Shown: positions 57,071 to 64,000 of the stretch, one piece after another
Numbering within the stretch: position 1 is the stretch's first letter
Layout: every line of letters starts with the position of its first letter
Assembly (NCBI GenBank): GCA_030765235.1
Contig: JAVCCW010000010.1
Location: forward strand, 30,907 to 94,906
Reading direction: 5' to 3'
DNA length: 64,000 bases
Source: Candidatus Gorgyraea atricola
GTDB taxonomy: Bacteria; Omnitrophota; Gorgyraeia; Gorgyraeales; Gorgyraeaceae
Translations under genes and position numbers: made by a program
The notes under the pieces: model-generated
Databases searched by the model: none
What the model was told of the DNA's origin: nothing
What the model saw: the letters and a program-made list of their open reading frames with translations, nothing else

Positions 57071-58576
57071 TTAAAAAGCAACAGCTACTGAAGCTATGAC
57101 TTCTGTAGCTGTGTCGTTGTTAGTAGGGGTCGCGCTATCAAGAGAATTATCAAACGCAGCTCCTGGAATAAACCAACCAGTTGCAAGGCTCATGGTAACA
57201 TCTTCAGTGTAAGCATAATCTAAGACTATGTCTACCTCATCACCAAGATCCTTATCATCCTTTACATAATACGCGGCGCTGCTTCCACCGTTTAAGGTCC
57301 TAGCATTACTAGCACCAACAGCATTGGTTGAATACCACGCCTCAGCCAATCTGAAGTTGTAATAATCCACAGATACAGTAAGGTCCTCTATAGGCTCTGC
57401 GCTGGCACCAACACATATTGTACGGCCATTTGAATCAACGCCATCATTAAGGCCGTCAAATATTCGGTTTGCGATCATGCCGTGGGTCTGATCTTCGAAC
57501 ATCGGATCCCATGCATTAACTTCTGTTACTGTGGTTGAGAAATCATCATCTGTAGTTGCGCCATCACTGGTCTGTCCAGAACGATAGGCATAAGCTGTTC
57601 TCAAAGATAGCCCTGGCAAAAAGCTAACGCTGTCACTCAAGCCATCGTATGCTAATGCAAGATCAAGTGCCCATGCATCACGATCAATTATCCTGTCAGG
57701 TGTGGTGCTTTGTATATCTAGATAATCACCTCTCTGAATAGCAACTTCGCCACTCAACAGCAAACCATCTACTGGCGCTAAGTTACCGTTTACGCCAAAA
57801 ACATCGCATACATCTGCTCCGCCAACTTCAGTAGTGTTTATGACTCCCCTTCTGTCACGCCTTGAGAAAAAATAACCTTCAACAGCTGCATTGTACTCAT
57901 TATCAAAATCATAAGCTACATTGACACCCCAAAGATCCATATCATCTCTTGGCTGAGCAGTACCAGCTGTGGTTGCTACGAGTTGGACTTGTGCATCAAT
58001 CTTTGAATAAATGAGGTCCACTACTATTGGGCTGTAATCCAATGTTGCCCTTATTGCGTCAAACGCCTTAATGGTACTTAAGTCATCTGCGGCGAGTCTA
58101 GCAACTCCCTCTGAATCATTAGTAGTCGGATCGCCAACAACTAAGGCATTACCGAATAGTAGATTTTGTCTACCAATCGTAACTGTTAAAGGAGAATAAA
58201 AACATTCCTTTAATGTCACGTATGCCAGATCAAGATCGATGTCTGTTCTTGCGCCATCGCTAACGTTACCTGAATCTATGGCATCCGCATATTCCTCATC
58301 CCAATCTCTCTCATTTACTACTCTTACAGTTGTTGATACATTGTCTGTAAGATCCGCATCTATTCTGACTCTGGTAGTGGTCATAAACCATACGTCATTG
58401 TCTTTAACGCTTGTTCCTTCTCCTGTATCGTCTGCCAAGAAATCATAGTCAGCACGATAGATCATCTTTGAATCGATATCGCCGCTTACTTTTACGTTCT
58501 GCACTTCTGCGAACGCAGGTGCTGCTAAGAAAGCAACAGCCGTAAGTACGATACATAGTGTCATTAACTTCTTCAT
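57071..58576 (-). CDS. Major outer-membrane beta-barrel (porin-like) protein
   Basis: 501 aa; signal peptide AAPAFA-EV; acidic, Asp/Thr-rich amphipathic strands; C-terminal ...SVAVAF. Confidence 0.45.
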   Translation of the reverse strand: MKKLMTLCIVLTAVAFLAAPAFAEVQNVKVSGDIDSKMIYRADYDFLADDTGEGTSVKDNDVWFMTTTRVRIDADLTDNVSTTVRVVNERDWDEEYADAIDSGNVSDGARTDIDLDLAYVTLKECFYSPLTVTIGRQNLLFGNALVVGDPTTNDSEGVARLAADDLSTIKAFDAIRATLDYSPIVVDLIYSKIDAQVQLVATTAGTAQPRDDMDLWGVNVAYDFDNEYNAAVEGYFFSRRDRRGVINTTEVGGADVCDVFGVNGNLAPVDGLLLSGEVAIQRGDYLDIQSTTPDRIIDRDAWALDLALAYDGLSDSVSFLPGLSLRTAYAYRSGQTSDGATTDDDFSTTVTEVNAWDPMFEDQTHGMIANRIFDGLNDGVDSNGRTICVGASAEPIEDLTVSVDYYNFRLAEAWYSTNAVGASNARTLNGGSSAAYYVKDDKDLGDEVDIVLDYAYTEDVTMSLATGWFIPGAAFDNSLDSATPTNNDTATEVIASVAVAF

Positions 58577-58799
58577 TTAGTTTTCCTCCTTGGTTTAAAT
58601 CTAATTTATTGTATTTTTAGGATGAACCTAAAAATTATCCTACTTATATATAATATATCGCCTTTTAGTTGACTGCTTCCGGCTATTCGGTGTTCCCTCC
58701 TCTCTCTGCCTGATTAAAGCGGTCTATAGCGGTATATTCACACTTTCCTATTTATTAAGAAAAGAGTATACCTTATATATATAATAATGTCAAGGGTAT

Positions 58800-59261
58800 T
58801 TAATTATCCCTGATCTCGACCTTCATGGGCCTTGACTTGGGTGAAATGGCTATAATGAGGGTGCTTTTTCTGCCTTTTCCTTCAATAGTCACTATGCAGC
58901 TCTCCCCGCTCTTTTCGTAATTTAACATCCTTCGCTCGTATTCTATGATATTTATAGGGTTCCAGTTATACATGGGCATCTGCTGTTTGTAGAACGCTAC
59001 TACCTGGTCTGCTGTCTTTGATCCTGTGTATTTCAAGAGCGCGACCCTTGTCACATCATTCTGGAACGCGAATGATTCGGCATTGAGTACCTTGAAGCCT
59101 GTAGGCACAGGTACGTCTTCGAGTCGCAGCATTGCCGCGACATCTAAAGAAGTATCACCACTGCTTGAGTAAGAACTGCTTCCAGACATTGTGGTGCAAC
59201 CGGACAATACTATTAGGGACAAGAAACATGGGACAAGGAACAAGTATAATAGCTTCTTCAT
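58800..59261 (-). CDS. Small lipoprotein, unknown function
   Basis: 153 aa; lipobox LSGC; Ser-rich linker. Confidence 0.4.
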   Translation of the reverse strand: MKKLLYLFLVPCFLSLIVLSGCTTMSGSSSYSSSGDTSLDVAAMLRLEDVPVPTGFKVLNAESFAFQNDVTRVALLKYTGSKTADQVVAFYKQQMPMYNWNPINIIEYERRMLNYEKSGESCIVTIEGKGRKSTLIIAISPKSRPMKVEIRDN

Positions 59262-59296
59262 GATTACCTCCTCTTTTTATATTTCTATAAAGTTTA

Positions 59297-59962
59297 CTAC
59301 ACTAACTTCTTTATGTCAAGTAAGCGGCAGGCCAATCTTTCTGAGTTTGCGAAAATCCCTTTTGCCTCTTTTTGGTTAAGGCCTGCTGCGAGTAAAATAT
59401 TTTTTGCGAATTGTTTTGTGATCAAGTCTCCTGGTTGGTGTGAATCTGTGTTAATGACTAGCTTGGCGCCTGTTGCGCCAGCCATCTTCGCGACATGGCC
59501 ATTAGCCAATGAATGCCCTGAGCGCGATGTGATCTCAAGGTGTACGCCTTTAGCGCTGGCCAGCTTTGCATCTTCTAAAGATATTAGTCCGGGATGCGCC
59601 AAAATATCCGCGCCAGAAACTATCGCTTCTTTGTTTGTTCCAGGCATCACTGGTTCAACTAAACTCTCTCCATGCACCACTACGAGTTTGATTCCTTTGG
59701 AACGCACAAATTTAATAGCACCTTTGATCGATGCGATCGGCATGTGCGTTATCTCAACGCCAGGTATTGCCTTTATCTTCCAATGTTTATTTATATCCTT
59801 GCAAGCCTTTAAAATCGCATCGCAGATAAATTCAATATTAGACGCGCCCACATGATCAGTTATGCCAATAACCCTGTAGCCCTTATCCTCCGCCCGCCTC
59901 GCAAGCTCCGTAGGCAAAACCGCCCCATCACTCAACCAACTATGCGTATGCAAATCAATCAT
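59297..59962 (-). CDS. PHP-family metal-dependent phosphoesterase
   Basis: 221 aa; MIDLHTHSWLSDG ... ITDHV histidine motifs of PHP domain. Confidence 0.7.
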   Translation of the reverse strand: MIDLHTHSWLSDGAVLPTELARRAEDKGYRVIGITDHVGASNIEFICDAILKACKDINKHWKIKAIPGVEITHMPIASIKGAIKFVRSKGIKLVVVHGESLVEPVMPGTNKEAIVSGADILAHPGLISLEDAKLASAKGVHLEITSRSGHSLANGHVAKMAGATGAKLVINTDSHQPGDLITKQFAKNILLAAGLNQKEAKGIFANSERLACRLLDIKKLV

Positions 59963-60085
59963 CGCTTACTCCTTTATATTATGGCTTGCCACCCGCCACT
60001 CACATATAGCGATTCTTCGTAGCATGTTATGGGTGGTTTACCACCCGAAGCATGCTTCGAAGATTCGCCCCATATGAGCGTAGGG

Positions 60086-60162
60086 TGGCGTCCCTAAGAG
60101 GATTCGAACCTCTGGCCCCAAGTTTAGGAAACTTGTGCTCTATCCATCTGAGCTATAGGGAC
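60086..60162 (-). tRNA. tRNA-Arg (anticodon CCU), CCA encoded
   Basis: Manual fold: acceptor GUCCCUA/UAGGGAC 7/7 bp, D-arm GCUC-AGAUGGAUA-GAGC, anticodon arm CAAGU-UUCCUAA-ACUUG, T-arm AGAGG-UUCGAAU-CCUCU, discriminator G + CCA. Confidence 0.85.
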
Positions 60163-60295
60163 ACATTAGTACCAGCACAGGAATGCAACTTGCCTGCCCC
60201 GTTCCAAATTCTTAAAGGTCATCAAGTAATCTATAATAATTGGCCTCTACAAATTTACAAATAACTAATAACTTACCGCTCAGAATTTGGAATGG

Positions 60296-60324
60296 GGTGC
60301 TCTATCCATCTGAGCTACAGGGAC
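60296..60324 (-). other. Duplicated 5' fragment of tRNA-Arg (27/27 nt identical through the D-arm, then diverges), separated from the intact gene by a 16-bp inverted repeat pair
   Basis: Minus strand reads GUCCCUGUAGCUCAGAUGGAUAGAGCACC...; inverted repeats cccgttccaaattct (60197-60212) and agaatttggaatgggg (60281-60296). Confidence 0.5.
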
Positions 60325-60349
60325 GTTCTTGCGTATATTACTGCAACTC

Positions 60350-60432
60350 TTGTGTAATGTTGAATGTGTAATGTGTAATGAACCAAGTTGCCCCAATTAC
60401 ATTACACTTTACACCTTACACATTACACAAAC
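60350..60432. repeat. GTGTAATG hairpin repeat, copy A (between apt stop and tRNA region)
   Basis: tgtgtaatgtgtaatgaaccaag..ccccaattac...cttacacattacacaa; same motif as 61797-61865. Confidence 0.5.
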
Positions 60433-60948
60433 CTAGTACTTGACCATGGAATACACCGGAATATCCCCAAGCTTCGCACGGCCATTCAGGGCTGAGAGTT
60501 CTATTACAAAAACGATCTCTGCGATTTCGCCCTTTAGCTTTTTTACAAGATCTATTGCTGCTGATATTGTGCCGCCTGTTGCCAGGAGATCATCTATCAA
60601 CAAAACCTTTGAGCCTGGCTCAAGCGCATCCTCATGGATCTCCAGCGTGTCTTCTCCATACTCTAAAGAATATGTAGCGCTTAATGTCTTGTAGGGTAAT
60701 TTCCCCTTTTTTCTTATGACTGTCAATGCTGAGCCTAATTTATACGCCAGGGCGCTACCAAAGAGAAATCCCCTCGAATCAATAGCCACAACCGAATCGA
60801 TCTTCTTATCTTTATACCGCTCGTACAGGATATCTATCACTTCTCTAAATTTTTCCTTGTTACCCAAAAGAGTGGTGATGTCCCTAAAGAGGATTCCTTT
60901 CTTTGGGAAATCGGGTATATCGCGTATGAAACTTTTTAAACTTTCCAT
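60433..60948 (-). CDS. apt: Adenine phosphoribosyltransferase
   Basis: 171 aa; PRPP-binding VLLIDDLLATGGT; overall near-canonical Apt. Confidence 0.85.
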   Translation of the reverse strand: MESLKSFIRDIPDFPKKGILFRDITTLLGNKEKFREVIDILYERYKDKKIDSVVAIDSRGFLFGSALAYKLGSALTVIRKKGKLPYKTLSATYSLEYGEDTLEIHEDALEPGSKVLLIDDLLATGGTISAAIDLVKKLKGEIAEIVFVIELSALNGRAKLGDIPVYSMVKY

Positions 60949-60949
60949 G

Positions 60950-61834
60950 TTAGTACTCTCCTAACTCGCCGCTTTGTTGGATAATATATATTCTTAATTT
61001 TTCCAACGCAGCGCTTTCGATCTGCCTGACTCTTTCACGCGTTATGCCAAAGACCTTTGCTGCCTCGCCAAGCGTATGAGTAGTGCCGTCATTCAAACCA
61101 AAACGCAAACCCAGTATCTTCTTCTCTCTGTCATTCATGCGGCTCAACAGGCTCTCGACTCTTTCTCGGCGTAATTTTTCTGTTATGTTCTCCATAGGAG
61201 ATGTGCTTGTCTCATCCTGTATAAGATCCATGAACTGCCCTGTGCCATCATCACCGATAGGCGCGTCCAGCGAAGAGATCTTTGTGGCTATCTCACTTAT
61301 CTCTCTTACCTTTTTCATCGGAAGCCGCATCTTTTTTGCAACCTCTTTTACCTTGGGCCGCCTGCCGTATTTCTGGGTCAGCTGTTCAGTTATTCTTTTC
61401 CACCTGTTTATTATCTCTGTCATGTAAACAGGTATCCTTATTGTCTTGCCCTGATTCGCAATGGCACGCGTTATGTATTGCTTTATCCACCAAGCACCAT
61501 ATGTGCTGAACCTGTAACCTCTATGAGGGTTGAATTTTTTAACTGCCTTAATAAGGCCAAGATTTCCCTCCTCTATAAGGTCCATCATTGGAACACCCAG
61601 CTTTGAGTATCGCTTAGCAATATTAATCACGAGCCTCAAATTAGACTGGATCATTTTCCTGCGCGCCTTGGCATCGCCTCTCTTGACTTTACGCGCAACA
61701 GATTGTTCTCCTTCAGGAGTAAGAAGAGGTATATCCTTGATCGCCCTCAAATAAAGTTTTATTGCATCCACTGTGTACCTCTCTTGCTTTCGACGTTTGT
61801 GTAATGTGTAATGTTTAATGTGTAATGAAACCAA
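60950..61834 (-). CDS. RNA polymerase sigma factor, sigma-70 family (short RpoD/RpoS-like; regions 1.2, 2, 3, 4)
   Basis: 294 aa (TTG start in track; true start uncertain); region 2 LIEEGNLGLIKAVKKFNPHRGYRFSTYGAWWIKQYI; region 4 HTLGEAAKVFGITRERVRQIE. Confidence 0.8.
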   Translation of the reverse strand: MVSLHIKHYTLHKRRKQERYTVDAIKLYLRAIKDIPLLTPEGEQSVARKVKRGDAKARRKMIQSNLRLVINIAKRYSKLGVPMMDLIEEGNLGLIKAVKKFNPHRGYRFSTYGAWWIKQYITRAIANQGKTIRIPVYMTEIINRWKRITEQLTQKYGRRPKVKEVAKKMRLPMKKVREISEIATKISSLDAPIGDDGTGQFMDLIQDETSTSPMENITEKLRRERVESLLSRMNDREKKILGLRFGLNDGTTHTLGEAAKVFGITRERVRQIESAALEKLRIYIIQQSGELGEY

Positions 61835-61865
61835 GCAACCCCAATTACCTTACACATTACACAAG
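61797..61865. repeat. GTGTAATG hairpin repeat, copy B (overlaps annotated start of sigma-factor gene; downstream of ppdK stop)
   Basis: ttgtgtaatgtgtaatgtttaatgtgtaatgaaaccaagcaaccccaattaccttacacattacacaa; arms tgtgtaatgtgtaatg / cttacacattacacaa. Confidence 0.5.
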
Positions 61866-61870
61866 ATACG

Positions 61871-64000
61871 TTATTTCCCGTTAAGCAAGGCTGCTTGAGC
61901 AGCTGCTAGCCTTGCGATAGGCACCCTGTAAGGAGAACAGCTCACGTAGTTCATGCCAACGTTATGACAGAACTTAACTGATCTTGGCTCTCCGCCGTGC
62001 TCTCCGCAGATACCGATCTTGAGTTTCTTGCGAGCTTCTCTTCCGAGCTTGATGCCCATCTTAATAAGAGAACCTACGCCTTCCTGATCGACTGATTGAA
62101 AAGGATCCTCAGGCAAGATCTTTTTGTTTATATAGTCCGGCAAAAATACACCTGCGTCATCACGGCTGTAACCAAACGTCATCTGAGTCAGATCGTTTGT
62201 GCCGAATGAGAAGAACTCTGCCTTTTCAGCGATCTTATCAGCTATTAATGCCGCGCGCGGGATCTCTATCATCGTACCTACAAGATAATTTACTTTCTTT
62301 TTTGCCTTTTTAATTACTGCCTTGGCTGTTTCGCGGACAATAGGTTCAAGAAAATCAAACTCCGCCTTTGTCCCCACCAGAGGTATCATTATCTCGGGCA
62401 AGACTTTTATGCCTTTTTTTGCCATATTGCAGGCTGCCTCCATGATCGCCCTTGTCTGCATGACGCAGAGCTCAGGATATGTGACAGATAGCCTACATCC
62501 ACGATGACCCAGCATAGGATTCATCTCATGCAGGCTCTTAACAAGATCTTTTATCCTGGCAGGTGTTTGCTTTAATCTCCTTGCCATTTCCTTTATGCCT
62601 GACTCATTGTTCGGCAGGAATTCATGTAGCGGTGGATCCAGTAACCTTATAGTAACAGGCAATCCATCCATCTCCTTAAATATGCCCTCAAAATCCTTTC
62701 TCTGAAAAGGCAACAGTTTCTTAAGCGCCTTTTCCCTTGCCTCTTTGTCCTGGGCAAGAATAAACTCCCTGACAGCCCATATCCTTTCGCCTTCAAAAAA
62801 CATATGCTCTGTCCTGGTAAGGCCTATGCCTTCAGCGCCAAGCCTGCGCGCAGCCAGAGAATCCCTTGGTGTATCTGAATTCGTGCGCACATTTATCTTG
62901 CGATACTTATCAGCCCATTCCATGATCTGGTTGAACATTTTATAAATTTCGCTCTTCTTTGCTGAGGAGTTTTCTTCTACTACTCCTGCAATAACAGGAC
63001 TCGAGGAAACCTTGATATCTCCCAGCATGACTTCCCCAGTCGAACCATCCAGAGAAATAAAATCACCTTCCTTTATCGTCTTTCCAGCAACCCTTATCTC
63101 TTTCTTTGTATAATCAATATTTAACGCGCTGCATCCAGCTATACAGCATTTTCCCCAGCCCCTGGCAACAACAGCAGCATGAGAAGTCATGCCTCCAGTT
63201 GATGTCAATATCCCTACTGCGGCATGCATACCCGCGACATCTTCAGGAGATGTCTCGTGCCTGACCAGGATAACCTTTTTGCCTTTACTCTTCCATACTT
63301 CAGCATCCCTTGCAGTAAATACTACCTGGGCTGATGCTGCGCCAGGACCAGCAGGAAGGCCTTTAGCAACTACAGTAGCATTGGATTTTGCCTTGGGTTC
63401 AAATATAGGGAAAAGAAGCTGATTGAGCTGATCCCCCTCTATCCTCATAATGGCTTCTTTAGGGCTGATCATTTTTTCTTTTACCATGTCGTACGCTATC
63501 TTTACAGCTGCCAGGCCTGTACGTTTGCCAGTGCGCGTCTGCAGCATGTAAAGCGTGCCTTCCTGGATAGTGAATTCCACGTCCTGTATATCCTTATAAT
63601 GCCTCTCTAGCTTATACCTGATAGCATCGAGCTCTTTGTAAACTTTTGGCATTTCTTTTTTCAAGTCGCTGATTGGCTCTGGCGTCCTTATGCCAGCCAC
63701 GACGTCTTCGCCCTGCGCATTTATAAGAAACTCCCCGAAAAATTTATCCTCGCCAGTAGATGGGTTACGCGTAAAGGCAACGCCTGTGCCTGAAGTATTG
63801 CCCATGTTACCGAATACCATTGCCTGGACATTTACAGCTGTTCCGAAAAGTCCGGTGATCCTGTTGATCCTCCTGTAAACTACAGCCCTTTCTGTATTCC
63901 ATGATCCGAATACCGCCTTTACAGTAGCCATCAGCTGATCCTTGGCATTATTTGGAAAAGGTTTTTTGACATGTTTCTCATACACCTTTTTATATTCTCC
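61871..64000 (-). CDS. ppdK: Pyruvate, phosphate dikinase (C-terminal about 710 aa; N-terminus beyond window end)
   Basis: Phospho-histidine motif [22 protein letters not shown]; PEP-utilising TIM barrel; ORF-track Met at 63985 is internal, frame stays open to the window edge. Confidence 0.85.
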   Translation of the reverse strand, partial: GEYKKVYEKHVKKPFPNNAKDQLMATVKAVFGSWNTERAVVYRRINRITGLFGTAVNVQAMVFGNMGNTSGTGVAFTRNPSTGEDKFFGEFLINAQGEDVVAGIRTPEPISDLKKEMPKVYKELDAIRYKLERHYKDIQDVEFTIQEGTLYMLQTRTGKRTGLAAVKIAYDMVKEKMISPKEAIMRIEGDQLNQLLFPIFEPKAKSNATVVAKGLPAGPGAASAQVVFTARDAEVWKSKGKKVILVRHETSPEDVAGMHAAVGILTSTGGMTSHAAVVARGWGKCCIAGCSALNIDYTKKEIRVAGKTIKEGDFISLDGSTGEVMLGDIKVSSSPVIAGVVEENSSAKKSEIYKMFNQIMEWADKYRKINVRTNSDTPRDSLAARRLGAEGIGLTRTEHMFFEGERIWAVREFILAQDKEAREKALKKLLPFQRKDFEGIFKEMDGLPVTIRLLDPPLHEFLPNNESGIKEMARRLKQTPARIKDLVKSLHEMNPMLGHRGCRLSVTYPELCVMQTRAIMEAACNMAKKGIKVLPEIMIPLVGTKAEFDFLEPIVRETAKAVIKKAKKKVNYLVGTMIEIPRAALIADKIAEKAEFFSFGTNDLTQMTFGYSRDDAGVFLPDYINKKILPEDPFQSVDQEGVGSLIKMGIKLGREARKKLKIGICGEHGGEPRSVKFCHNVGMNYVSCSPYRVPIARLAAAQAALLNGK

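Noticed and set aside
60197-60324. Possibility that the tRNA 5' fragment plus the inverted repeat is a single intron-containing tRNA
   Set aside because: No anticodon stem or T-arm can be formed from the intervening sequence. Bacterial tRNA introns are group I (about 250 nt, in the anticodon loop), which does not fit a 95-nt hairpin after the D-arm.

Overview
This is an AT-rich, gene-dense stretch whose genes are almost all on the minus strand. It appears to come from a bacterium with two membranes: there are outer-membrane barrel proteins ending in Phe, a GT9 heptosyltransferase-like gene, PilT and an RlpA-like gene. I did not attempt a taxonomic assignment; the lineage may be uncultivated.

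Contents in order:
- **375-3829:** an aldolase and dehydrogenase sugar-catabolic operon.
- **3891-11311:** a type IV pilus and c-di-GMP neighbourhood with PilT, an AsmA-like protein and a REC-GGDDF-MshEN receptor-type protein.
- **11.3-36 kb:** a roughly 23 kb co-directional cell-surface glycan cluster. It is built on a CDP-3,6-dideoxyhexose core (rfbF, rfbG, rfbH/E1). It carries an unusual complement of tailoring enzymes: five radical-SAM proteins (one B12-binding, two paralogous), a YerE-like TPP enzyme, a PDH-E1 alpha/beta pair, a NeuB-SAF-cupin fusion and a zinc-ribbon C-methyltransferase. It also carries GtrA/GtrB-type polyprenol-phosphate loading and three large GT-C-like membrane proteins.
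- **38.2-41.6 kb:** a second glycosylation module with Dpm1-like GT2 genes and a TMTC-like TM+TPR transferase, wrapped around cspA.
- **41.6-64 kb:** housekeeping and signalling genes: cysE, a hybrid histidine kinase, a pseudo-ParA-patatin fusion, a FadB-like gene, a LOG-family gene, an M48 protease, a PKD-repeat protein, a PIN-PhoH gene, apt, a sigma-70 gene, partial ppdK and tRNA-Arg(CCU).

Non-coding content is rich:
- a roughly 260 bp MITE-like family with terminal inverted repeats, in three copies, two of them bracketing a secreted-protein gene in inverted orientation;
- a 55 bp perfect palindrome in two copies, one inserted in-frame in the interdomain linker of the FadB-like gene;
- a conserved CCACAGAG palindromic promoter-like element in two copies;
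- two candidate c-di-GMP-I (GEMM) riboswitches, one upstream of the rlpA-like gene and one orphan on the opposite strand;
- GC-rich nested-hairpin elements upstream of a GT2 gene;
- paired GTGTAATG hairpin repeats flanking the apt-sigma unit.

No CRISPR array or recognisable transposase or integrase gene was seen.
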